NCBI GenBank assembly: GCA_035221665.1
Contig: CM069144.1
Coordinates: 27,962,001-28,026,000, forward strand
Length of the DNA: 64,000 bases
Source: Okamejei kenojei
Taxonomy: Eukaryota
Reading direction: 5' to 3'
The notes beneath the pieces were generated by a model. That model was given only the letters and a program-made list of their open reading frames with translations. It had not been told where the DNA came from and searched no databases. Shown one piece after another: positions 1-39,164 of this stretch (within the stretch, counting starts at the first letter, position 1; each line of letters begins with the position of its first letter). The translations under genes and the position numbers were made by a program.

Positions 1-586
1 ACCAAATCAATTATTCACAACAAAACAAAGTACTTTTATCGATTATAGTTTAATAATTGGGAAAAAATTAATATTAAAATTCTGGAAAGGCCCTATAACG
101 CCCACAATTAAACTGTGGACAATGGAAATGTCGGAGACCCTACATTTGGAAAGATTAAGATTTGTCTTAATGGACAAACAAGAACTAATCATAAGAATAT
201 GGTCTCCATTTATTGAATATTTGAAGGGGCAAATTGGTTCGGCACGAGAACCTGACTGAAACCTGAATTAAGGAATAGATGAATTATAAATTCATATAAA
301 TTAATTAAGGAATAGATTAATAGATGAACTATATTTTATAATCCACGGATATAGCTCCAAGGATACATAATCAGTTGAATACTCCATTCACTTTTTTTTT
401 AAATGTTTTTATTTCTCTCTTTTTTTCTACTATTTTTTATCTGTATAAAAATTAAAAAAATATAAAGTGCAATTACGATACAATTGTTAATATAAATAAT
501 ATTAATAATGTATGGCTATAATAAACACAATGTTTTATATTATGTATTTACTTCTAATAAAAAAATTAAATTAAATTTAAAAAAAG
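1..586 (+). mobile_element. 3' end of an L1-like LINE
   Basis: ORF2 C-terminal-type sequence (FWK..P...W) similar to 52950-53110, followed by AATAAA and an A-rich tail at 556-586. Confidence 0.7.
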
Positions 587-629
587 GTTCTGTGTTTGTA
601 CACTGTCCCTTCACTGGTCAATTAAGATA

Positions 630-1930
630 TAGTCATTGTGCACAGAAAGGGGGCCTCTAGCCCAACACAATCATGCCGACTAAGATGCTACATCTAATAT
701 ATTCCCATTTACCTGTGATTAGCCCATATCCCCAAAAACATTTCTAATCCACGTACATGTCCAAATGTATTTTAAGTGTTGTTATTGTTTCTAACTCATC
801 TAATTCCTTAGGCAGATTGTTTCATATTTCTACCATCTTCTGTATCAATAATGTGTCCATCGGGCTCTTATTAAATCTTTCCCCTCTCACATTAAACCTA
901 TGCCCTCTAGTTCTTGATTCCCCCAACCTTGAGAAAATAATTTGTGCATTCATCCTATCTATTCCCCTTGTTATTTTATATACCTCCAAAAGATCACCGC
1001 TGAGCCTCTGCATCCCATAATAAAATCATAGCCTGTCCAACCTCTTCATATAGTTTAGTTATGGCAATGTAATGTACATTTTTTCTGCATCCTTTCTAGT
1101 TTAATGGCAACATATTTTTGGATGAACAAAACTGAACACAATACTCCGTGCAGCCTCCCCAATATCTTGTACAACTGTGACATAACATTCCAACTTCTAT
1201 ACTCAATTCCCTAACTGATGAAGGCCAATGTGTCAAAAGCCTTCACCACCCTATGTACCAGTGATGCTAATTTCAGGGAACTATGTACTTGGATTCCTAC
1301 ATGCCTCTGGTCTACAACACTCCTCAGGGACCTACCATTCAGAGTGAAAGTTTTGCCCTGGTTTGATTTCCCAAATGCAACACTTCACACTTTTCCGAAT
1401 TAAATTTCCTTGGACCATTTGCCCAGTTGATCAAGATCACACTGCAATTAGTTTTTAGCTTTAGTTTTGAGATACAGCACGGAAACAGGCCCTTCAGCCC
1501 ACGGTCCGCACCAACCAGCAATCCCTGCACATTAAGTGGTCCAAAAATCTGAATCGCAGCCACCTGCACCAACTCCTCAGCCAAGTATTCAACTGTGCAA
1601 ACTTCCTATTCTACCCTCACTAGCATGTTGCACCAGGACTACTCCAGAGATCACTGCCCTTGATGTCCTACATTTTAACCTTTTGCCTAATTCCTGGTAT
1701 TCACTGTGCAAGATCTCACCCATTTTCCTACCTGTGTCATTTGTGCCAATGCGCACGACTTCTTCCTGCTGCCCTTTCCCCTTGAAAATGTTCTGCAGCC
1801 CCTCCAAGACATCCTGGACACTGTCACCAGGTAAGCAACATACCATCCTGGTGTTATGTTGGTGCCACAGAATCTCCAATCTGTCCAGGTAACAAATGCA
1901 TCTCCCATCATTATTACCCTGTATGACCTC
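630..1930 (-). mobile_element. CR1 fragments (ORF2 3' end and ORF1 esterase)
   Basis: ORFs 822-1013 (RLSGDLLEVYKI..RTRGHRF) and 1589-1879 (CCLPG..GTND..VISG). Confidence 0.8.
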
Positions 1931-2029
1931 GCCCTACCCCACTGTGTATCATGAACCAGACCAGCTGCCACACACCTGATCCGTTCTCTTCTGAACAGTC
2001 ACCCCACCCCAAAAGTATTCAAATGGGAG

Positions 2030-2218
2030 GTAGACACAAAATGCTGGATTGGAGCAACTCAGCAGGACAGGCAGCATCTCTGGAGAGTGCTGAAGATGTA
2101 TCTCGACCCGCAATGTCACCTATTCCTTCTTTCTAGAGATGCTGCCTGACCCGCTGAGTTACTCCAGCATTTTGTGTCTACCTTCGAATTAAACCAGCAT
2201 CTGCAGTTCTTTCCTTCA
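2030..2218. repeat. Inverted pair of Penelope-type short repeats forming a hairpin
   Basis: GTAGACACAAAATGCTGGA..AACTCAGC..GGCAGCATCTCTGGAG at 2030-2085 is inverted at 2131-2180; the same family is dispersed throughout the window. Confidence 0.75.
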
Positions 2219-2923
2219 CACAGTATCCAAATGGGTATACTTGTTTCTGAGGGAAATGGCCACAGGGGATTCCTGCATGCTCTTTCAGAAAGATATGTTT
2301 TCAGATGTCTAGACATCAGACTCCAAAATCCAAATCCCGAGTACCTTTCTTTATTGATTTATCTTAAATTTAGATAGATAACATGCTTTGAATCATCCGT
2401 TCTAATGTTCATGTATGTGACTTGCATGGCTAATTTCAGTTATGAATGTGTTGCAATGTCGTAAATACACATTGCTGTTGACTAAAGCAAAAAAACAAAC
2501 TGTTGGAGGAGCTGTTGGGAGGGTTAAGCAGCATCCATGAAGGCAAAGGGATGGTTACTTTTCGGACTGAGTTCCTCCAGCCGGTTTGTTTTGCTCCAGA
2601 TTGCAGCATCTACAGTAATGTTCAAGAAGGAACTGCAGATGCTGGAAAATCGAAGGGAGACAAAAGTGCTGGAGAAACTCAGCGGCATCTCTGGAGCGAA
2701 GGAAATAGGCAACGTTTCGGGCCGAAGCCCTTCTTCAGACTGATGTAATGTCGTGCCTCTGTTGCTGACGGGTGAAGTGCTTGTGCCCTGGTGGGATCAG
2801 TGAGAACTCCATCGGGCCAACACAAGCGCTGGTTGCGGGGATGTATCGGAGCCAAGAGCCGAGGCCAAGGTTCCGCATCCCCCAGTGATCCATCCATCCC
2901 CCGACACCACTCAACTCTCTTAC

Positions 2924-2960
2924 CCTCTCCGTCTGGGTAGAAGTCATCCTCCAGGTCCAT
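2924..2960 (-). CDS. Probable first coding exon of an unidentified gene running off the left end (MDLEDDFYPDGE...)
   Basis: ATG in good context (ggacATGG) just downstream of a CpG-rich promoter; 37 nt, then donor G|gtaaga; no later exons recognised in the window. Confidence 0.5.
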
Positions 2961-3200
2961 GTCCGCGGGCAGAGGTCAGCCCGCTTTAATTCAGTCCCCA
3001 CACACCCTAAACCCGCCGTGTGTTTGCAAAATGGTAACCGCTCCTCCGGCCCACACTCGCCGACATACTGCGCACGCGTGTGGGTTCGAAGGTCACGGAG
3101 CACGTGACTGAAGCTGCTCGCCGATTGTCAAACGCGAGCATGCGCGGAAGCGTCATGTGCAGCGTTCCAGAGCAAAGATCCTCCAGCGCCAGAGGACGCT
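2961..3200 (-). promoter_or_regulatory. CpG-rich housekeeping-type promoter/5' UTR
   Basis: Dense CpG; NRF1-like GCGCATGC and CGCGTGCGCA, E-box CACGTG, ETS-like CTTCCG, YY1-like CCATTTT. Confidence 0.55.
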
Positions 3201-4026
3201 CCTGTGATGCTTGTTTGTAATAGTCATGGAGAGACTCACAGTGGGCAAACATGCCCTTCGGCCCAACCTGCCCACACCAGCCATCGCCCCCCATCCACGT
3301 TAGTCCCACCTGGCCCATATCCCTCTATAATGGGTCTCGACCCGAAACGTCGCCTATCTCCTTCGCTCCTTAGATGCTGCTGCACCCGCTGAGTTTCTCC
3401 AGCTTTTTGTGTACCCTCCCTCTATAATGGCCCTGTCTCACGGCGGGAGTTGACCCACGAGGTACCCCGAGTGAAAGACTCTGGCTGTGTACGAGACTTC
3501 AAGTCTATGTTCAAGTGTTTAACCGAGTTCCCACGGGTTAGTCATTGCTGCGATGTTCCAACTTCCTCTCCCGAGTTACCAAGTTCCTCTCCCGTTACTC
3601 TTGAGCCAACCGTGAATGAAGGTATGTTTTAATAAAGCAACAATGTTAAAAGACATCTCCATCCTGTGGCTTTGAGTTATTTCAGCGCGGCCGCATCTAT
3701 TGATACGACCTACAAAGGGTAAATGCGCACCCTCCAGTAACCAATAATGTGGTAAGTGCATTTCTTGGTGCTTTATGTTTTTAAATACTGTATTTCCCGG
3801 GGTGGGGGGAGAGCTCAGTTCATAGTATTTGGGGAGTCTGGCGTTGTGAAGGAGGGGATTGGGGTCAGTAACCCACTTGCCACGCTCCGGTCTGAGGGCA
3901 GGTAGATGGGACTAGGTGACAGTAAGTGTTCAGCACGGAGTAAAAGGTCCGAGATGGCCTGTTTCCGTGCTGTCATTGCTATATGGTTTTATTGTGGCCG
4001 GGGAGTGAATTAGCTTGGGTGGCTGC

Positions 4027-4690
4027 CACAGCGCTCCGGGCACGGACAGCAGAACTGGCCGCCACTTCCGAGGAAGGAAGCAGCTCGGGTGACTGACTTT
4101 GAGCGGNNNNNNNNNNNNNNNNNNNNNNNNNNNNNNNNNNNNNNNNNNNNNNNNNNNNNNNNNNNNNNNNNNNNNNNNNNNNNNNNNNNNNNNNNNNNNN
4201 NNNNNNNNNNNNNNNNNNNNNNNNNNNNNNNNNNNNNNNNNGCAGAACTGGCCGCCACTTCAGAGGAAGGAAGCAGCTCGGGTGACTGACTTTGAGCGGN
4301 NNNNNNNNNNNNNNNNNNNNNNNNNNNNNNNNNNNNNNNNNNNNNNNNNNNNNNNNNNNNNNNNNNNNNNNNNNNNNNNNNNNNNNNNNNNNNNNNNNNN
4401 NNNNNNNNNNNNNNNNNNNNNNNNNNNNNNNNNNNNNNNNNNNNNNNNNNNNNNNNNNNNNNNNNCAGGACTGGCCGCCTCTTCAGAGGAAGGAAGCAGC
4501 TCGGGTGACTGACTTTGAGTGGCCGCCGGGACCCGACAGCAGACACACACACACACACACATACACACACACAGATACACACAGACAGACAGAGAGACAC
4601 ACAATACACACAGATACACACAAACAGCAGGACTGGCCGCCACTTCAGAGGAAGGAAGCAGCTCGGGTGACTGACTTTGAGCGGNNNNNN
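4027..4690. repeat. Compound tandem repeat: ~57-bp conserved core + (CA)-rich spacer, at least 4 copies, partly N-masked
   Basis: Core CAG(A/G)ACTGGCCGCCACTTCAGAGGAAGGAAGCAGCTCGGGTGACTGACTTTGAGCGG recurs at ~4030-4106, 4243, 4465 and 4628. Confidence 0.88.
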
Positions 4691-5387
4691 NNNNNNNNNN
4701 NNNNNNNNNNNNNNNNNNNNNNNNNNNNNNNNNNNNNNNNNNNNNNNNNNNNNNNNNNNNNNNNNNNNNNNNNNNNNNNNNNNNNNNNNNNNNNNNNNNN
4801 NNNNNNNNNNNNNNNNNNNNNNNNNNNNNNNNNNNNNNNNNCCCTTCTTCAGACAATCCAATGTCCCAAAATATATTCTTTAAATATTAAGGTTTCTGTT
4901 GAAAGTGTGGTGCCGTGGTTACGGGTGGGTGGAAGGAAGATGATGAGGTCTGGTACAAGTTTACTTTGTATTCAGTAATCAGGCCTCCGTGTTGGCCGAT
5001 GTCTGGTTGATCGAGCGTTCATACAGTTGCGAGCGAGCGAGGTTCATATATAGAAGCAAGGAACGCGAAGCCTCTGAGGGTTCATTGTTCCCCTGGTTTG
5101 GATTGCTCCCAGGAGAGGGGGCACAAAGACAAATTTAGGCATTTTTCTGTGGAAGGGGGAGGGCAGAATAGAATCGAGAGCATTGTAACAGCAGCACTCT
5201 CCCCAACACGAAACACAGCGCAGCGTAAACAATTAAACAGCTTCACTTTTAAAAGCAAAGACACACGTTAAATTACATGGCCCCAAGAAATCGCCTCTCA
5301 ATTGCTTCGGGGTTGGAATTGAAATATATATAATATGTATATACATATTATACTACAAATACATATATATATTATATATACTGCAAT

Positions 5388-5617
5388 TGTGAGAGTGGTG
5401 AATCTGTGGAATTCTCTGCCACAGAAGGTAGTTGAAGCCAGTTCATTGGCTATATTTAAGAGAGAGTTAGATGTGGCCCTTGTGGCTAAAGGGATCAGGG
5501 GGTATGGAGAGAAGGCAGGTACAGGATACTGAGTTGGATGATCAGCCATGATCATATTGAATGGCGGTGCAGGCTCGAAGGGCTGAATGGCCTACCCCTG
5601 CACCTATTTTCTATGTT
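5388..5617 (+). mobile_element. CR1 3' fragment flanked by (TA)n
   Basis: RVVNLWNSLPQKVVEASSLAIFKRELD; same family as 43159 and 57919. Confidence 0.88.
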
Positions 5618-7179
5618 TATAAGTTTCTATATATATATATATACTCTCTCTCTCATTTTATGTATAGGCAATATAGTAGGCAATATAGTTATATATAGTA
5701 GGCAACCCAGGAACCACGCAAAGGATATATACAGCACATGGACATGTCTTTATTTATATATATATATATATGTGTGTGTGTATATATATATGTATATTAT
5801 GGTTCCTGGGTTGCGTACTGCTTTACTCCATGAAATATCAACCCCCTTCATTTCAAATCTAAATCTCTCGCCAATCCACAGCCTTCGACCGATTAACTAA
5901 AAATGTTGCTCTTTTTTAAGACCAAAACAAAATAGTTCTCGCGAATTCCAAGTTCTCGACTTTGGGGAGCGGGAGAGGGGGGGCGGGGGAGTTGGCGAGT
6001 CGGTGAAAATACAGCTCCAGCTGGAATATAAGAAGAGATAAAACAAAAACACTGAAAGCAAATAGTAACTTAACAGCGGAAAGTAGGACATATGTGTGTG
6101 TGGTGTGCGCGCTACTGAATACTTTCTATCCAGTGTCTCCGCTGCAAATTGCAATGCATACGCGTTTGATATTTAGACAAACTTAATTTTATTTCCAGTT
6201 TTGCATTTTTAGTTTGTTCCACACATTTAATTAGTTTTAATCCCTCCAGAAAAAACCTGAAAGTGGAGATGGTTCTCTTGCATTAAGCCCAAGAGATGGC
6301 TTCATGATTCTAACGAGTGTTTGGGAAAAATAGACACAAAATGCAGGAGTAACTCACGGGACAGGCAGCATCTCTGGAGAGAAGGGATGGGTGACGTTTC
6401 GGGTTGAGAACCTTCTTCGGACTGGTGTTTGGGAAACGTGGATTAGGTTTGTTTTCGGGGGGCGAGGGGGGGGAATACATTCGCCTTTTTCTCTGAATTC
6501 AGGAATGAATGCATGTTGACACACATAACACAGAGAAGGGGGGATCGCTGCGTTTAGGTTTGAGGAGAAGGGAGCCAAGAAGTTCTCGATTTTCCCTGGC
6601 GATAGTTTCACTTTTTTTGCATTTTTCCTTCTCTCCTGCCGCCTGTCCCGCTGAGTTACTCCAGCTTTTCGTGACAAAGTCGTCTTGTTCAATCTCATTT
6701 CATTGCAACTTTCAGCTCTGGATACCCCGTGTTGATCCGCGCGTATTTCAGCATTTATATTTCTCAAGCCTCTTTACCTCCCGGAGCCACATGTAACTTA
6801 ACCACATGTAATTACTCCAGCATTCTGTGACTATCTTTGGTTCAGTCTTTACTCGAGCGAACGAACAGATTATAAGAAAGTTCCCACGATAGACTCACGA
6901 GACACTAAGGTAAACGCACGGGCCATTACTTTATTGCAACGAGTTTAAATGTTTCCATTTTTAACTTGAACAGTTAATTTGACTCGTGGAAAAAATCAAA
7001 CATGTTTGATTTTTTTCACGAGTTAACAAGTTTCCCGAGTACCTGCCGTTAGCGCCACGAGTGGACAAGTTGATCGCGCGAGTTCTGACGTTGCCGCTAC
7101 GTTCATCGTACGTGATCACCACGAGTGAAAACTCGGGGTCACACGTGGGCCAACTCGCACCGTGAGATAGGGGTTTAAG

Positions 7180-7600
7180 TTCCCACCCCCCCTAGCACGA
7201 GGTAATGGAAGCAACCCAGAGATAACCACTCTAGAAGTCCTGCTTTTCAGCCTCCTACTTAGTTCTCTACACTCACGTTGTAGAACCTCCTTCCACTTCT
7301 TACCCACACCATTTGTGCCTACGTGCACAACTACCTCTGGCTGGTCACCCTCCCTCTCGAGAATGTTCTTAAGTCAGCCTGAGACATCTTGGACCCTCGC
7401 ATCAGGGAGGCAACACACCTTCCTCGGGACTTGCCTGTCGCCACAGAATCTCCTGTCTGCACCTCTGATAATGGAGTCACCCACCACTATGGCTCTGCCT
7501 GACTTCAGTCTCGCCTCAGCACCAGGATCTGAGTCACAGAACCTGTCCACGGCTCGGACTGGAACGTTGTCTGCCCCGACAGCTCCCAAGATGGTGCACC
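7180..7600 (-). mobile_element. CR1 ORF1 esterase fragment
   Basis: VVGDSIIRG, CCLPDARV, HVGTN, VVISGLLP motifs. Confidence 0.8.
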
Positions 7601-8111
7601 TGTTTTCAAGAGGAGTTTTCTCTTCCTGAAGAGGGCTACTGTAGTATGCAGTAAGCACAATAATATATTGCAGTGCACACACAGAAAACAAATTAGAATC
7701 AACTTTTTTTCATCTCTTTTATTATGTGGGAATATTAGTAATTGCAGGATAGGTGCTAAATACCCTTTAAACAAGATCATTTTATCATCTCCAAACAAAC
7801 CTAGATTTATTTATTGCTGGTAATGCACAACACAATCATTATTAAAACAATATTGCAACGATTAATGATTAATTATTGCAGCCTGTTATAATATTATATA
7901 TGAAGAATCTTTATGAAGAATTGACATGCAGAATGAATTATTCCTGAGATATGTCTGCCGGTATTCCATGGCAAAGATCTGTTTGGGTCAACTTTCTGTC
8001 CTTCCTTCAGAGCATCCTCACTGGCCTTGAGGTGTATAACATGCCTCAAAGCTTTGTTTTAAGAGAACTGCTTTTATGGAGAGATGTGAGATGGAAAGAA
8101 AAAGGCGTATA

Positions 8112-8412
8112 AAATCATGAGGGAAATAGATCGGGTAGATGTACCCAGAGTAGGTGAATTCGAGGACCAGAGGACATAGGTTTAAGGTGAAGTAACTTTT
8201 TCACACGAAGGTTGGTGGGTGTATGGAACAAGTTGCCAGAGGAGGTAGTTGTAGCAGGGACATTTGAGAAATAGTTAGATAGATACATGGATAGGACATG
8301 TTTGGAGGAATATGGATCAAACACGGTCAGGTGGGACTAGAGTAGCTGGGACATGTTGGCAGTTTAGGCAAGTTGGGCTGAAGGGCCTGTTTCCACACTG
8401 TATCACTCTATG
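8112..8412 (+). mobile_element. CR1 3' fragment
   Basis: Typical CR1 ORF2 end and 3' UTR (GGGCCTGTTTCCACACTGTATCACTCTATG). Confidence 0.75.
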
Positions 8413-11400
8413 GCACCCAGAAAAGTGTTCAGTTGAGTATGACACAAATTGCTGTAACCTTTGCATGAATGTTGAAAGTAGCACATAAAGCCATTGCAGT
8501 AAAACTCCATTAATTCAGAACTGTTAGGATGTTGGTGATGCTGGACTATCAGATTTTCTTTATGATTGGATACAACACTTATACATCAGCGCACTTTTAA
8601 TTCACTTTTTTTAATGCTATGTAGTTGTGTAATATGTTTTCCAATGAATCTGGTAAGTTAACAAGGAGTGTGCTAAATGGGGACTTGGTGAGTTTGTGGG
8701 GAGCATTATAATCAGGACTGCAAAGTGCTTTAAAGGAATATGGGGAAAAAAGCCCAAGTGAATTTGATGCTAAAACATCAGAATTCTTCAACAACAGGAT
8801 GGTGGATTTTTACTGTATGCATCAATTTAAAATTATGCCATTGTATGTTGTTATACAACTTGGACCTGCCAATCTTTCAATTTGTCTTCCTAGCTATTTG
8901 TTCAGTCTGAGCTCAACAATAAACATCCTCACTGAGCTTTGAGTTCTACCTTTTTGCCATATACAAGATGACATCCTTGCAACATTATTCATCTCTCTTG
9001 CTGGTGCAAAAAACAGACCCATCATTTCCACTGGGACTTTGGTCCCATCAACACCCGAGTGAGGTTCACAGCAAGGTCAATGCGGCGCAGGCCCCTCCCT
9101 GAGTTTATCGGACATGATTAAGGAAACAAAGCCTCAGTGTCTCATTTCCTTTGCAATGGTTTTCTATGTTAAAATCAATACTACATTAATAAGGAGAGAT
9201 TTCTCACAGTAACAAAATACTATGAACAAGGTAAAACAATGTTAATTAAGCAAAGATTAATGATATAACTGAGTACATCTGTGGATTCTGAGGGTTTCTC
9301 TGATCAAACTATTCTAGAATTGTTAGGCAAAGTATCAGCTGTTTGATATCAGTTCAATGCAGCTTGCCTTTGAAGGATTGTGTACAGGGCAGATAATACA
9401 TTCTAAATACAGTTCAATCAGGGTTTGTTTTTAATCAAGAGCTGTAGTCATTTGCCACACCAGTTGAAACATATTTGGTTTGTTCTGTTTCAATACAGGT
9501 GGACCTATGCCAGGACAAAACAAAAGATTAAGGTTAGAATATACTATTCTCAATTTACAATGATAACCACAATTTTGGCTGATCAAGAAGATTAGTAAGG
9601 CCAAATATGCCCACCCTCAGGATTTTCAGTACATCTGATTTTATTAAGTATTTTTAGGATTTCTGCAGAATTTTGCTTTGAAAATGATCAGGACAAACCG
9701 TGAATCAAATATTATCCTTTCACGCGTTGCAATTGGATGGTGTGGGGTGTCAGGCTTTATCCTGTTACACCATGGTATTGGCTGCTTCATAAGGTCACAT
9801 TCCAGGAGTGGGTAAGTCAGTAGGATGGATTATTGCCCAATCCAGGAAGGTTTACAAAATATTTGAATCAAATACCAACACATTTCTATTAATCTCACCA
9901 ACCAATTTCTATTCACTTTTGCTGCATCTTTTAATACTTTTTGTTTAATTTAGAAGTTATCAGGATTGCATTATGATACTGCTTCCTTTTGCTATTTAGT
10001 AAACCCTTGGTAAAATGGACAATGGGGGGGCGTGGGGGTGAGTGTGGCGGAGAGGGTGGAATGGGGTCTGTTATTGCCGATTGTCTGCTCTAACCTAGTA
10101 AGGTATTATCATTGTATAAGTAGTAGAAACAAACAATTACAGTTGCTGGTTAATACACAAAAGGACACAAAGTGTTGCAGTAACTCAGCAGGTCAGGCAG
10201 CTCTGCCATATAATTCAACCAGTCCTAACAGCCTGACAGCTGTTACCTTCTGATTCTCACGTCATAACCGTCCAAGTTTAATCACTGCTAGAGCCCTCTC
10301 TGGAATTTGTTTCCCCCAAAACCTTTGCACCAATTAGTCTCTCACTTTTTCTTTGTGACACTATAACGTTAGTACCTCCACCAATGTAAAGCACTTTGGC
10401 CAACGAGAGTTGTTTTTTAAATGTGCTGTATAAATAAAAGTGACTTGACTTGACTTGACACTCCTTAAAATATACTTCTTTAACCACATTCATGATCATA
10501 GAGTAATGCCGCATGGAAACAGGTCCTTCAGTCCAACTCATTCATGCGGACCAAGATGCCCATCTAACCTAGGCTCATTTACCCATGTTTGACCCATCTC
10601 CCTCAAATCCTTTCCTACTCTAATCCTTTCTCAACAAATTCCTCCGTCGTCCAGTTCCATATACCTATGTACTATGAACTATGTACTTGTACTGCTGGAT
10701 CCCACTGCTCTACAACTCTCCACAGGGCCCTATTATTCACTGCCCTTGTATGACTCTCCAAATTGCAACACCTCACACTCATCTGAATTAAACTCCATTT
10801 GCCATTCCTCAGTTCACTTGCTCAGATGATCAAGATCCCATTGTAATTCTTAATAAATATCTTCACTGTCTTCAATACTACCCGTCTCATGTAGCTTGTG
10901 ATCAGATTTCATTACATTCCTGTAAATCACCATTATATGCTTGCTGTGTTAAAACATAGTATACAATCATTTTTTCTCTTCAAGTACTTATTCAGTTTCC
11001 TCTGAAATAATGTTGGTATCTACAGATTTGCTTCAAGGATCACCTGAGGTTAAGAATCCAATGTTCTAATAACCTTCTGCAATAAATACATTATTTTCTA
11101 TTAGTTTTTTTTCTTGTATTGAAAATTGACAGGTAATTTCACTAGTGCACTATTTATACTCTAAAAAGCTTTCAAAACTGGAACTCTCCATTTGACCAAT
11201 TTTATCTTTCTCTATCCCAGACAACAGTTTCCAAAACATCTGGCCTTCTCTCCATTCTTCATTTCATTTTTTAATTTCCGAATATTTTTCTTTCTGGTTA
11301 TACTTTACTTTTGACCATTATGCTAATTGTTTAATGTTCTCCAGAAATCTGCTGCATTCTTACTAATAGATTGACATTTTGCTGATTTTGATTCTAGCAT

Positions 11401-11627
11401 TTAGTCTTTATGCTCCATCAGGTACCAGATAAGGTAACATTTATCCCAATCACGCAAGCCTTCAATACCACAGCATCAATCTTTATGTATGGTCAATTAG
11501 AGTGAGCAGCAAGTTTTGAATAAATTCAGAATCCAAGCACATACAGTCCTTTGTTTTTCTGTTATGCTGCCTAAGATATTATTACAGTAGGGAAATGAAG
11601 AGGAAATTGGAGACATAATAGCAGTGT

Positions 11628-11633
11628 TTTATT
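11628..11633 (-). terminator. Candidate AIRE polyadenylation signal AATAAA
   Basis: First minus-strand AATAAA I noticed downstream of the stop codon (~310 nt); use is unverified. Confidence 0.35.
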
Positions 11634-11941
11634 GGGTACCATCAGATTTGTTTTTTAGCCCTTAAACAAGGACTTAGCTGCCTGATTCTTGTCTGTTTTT
11701 CTCTGTTCAAAGATAGTAAGTAAGATGGCAGTCAGGGAAATTTGGTCCCATCACCATTAGGACATTCTGCAATGACCTGTTCAGTGTCAGTGTTCATAGA
11801 TTTGGGTTGGCAAATGTATGACACACTGTCAGATCGGCTACCTGGTACATTTTACTATCTCTTATTGCTAAACCTGCAAGATTTTGCACATCGCACCTTT
11901 CTGCTCGGATTAGGTCAGCTTCTCTACGGAGAAGGCCTCCA

Positions 11942-39164
<27,223 letters not shown>

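Noticed and set aside
4027-4690. Repeat-spacer pattern superficially like a CRISPR array
   Set aside because: Eukaryotic context, ~57-bp repeats, spacers are microsatellite or masked, and there are no cas genes
4010-4978. Long ORFs across the N blocks
   Set aside because: Open only because of N runs and CA microsatellite
5897-6154. 85-aa hydrophobic ORF resembling a signal peptide
   Set aside because: Hydrophobicity comes from T-rich composition; no supporting splice or homology evidence
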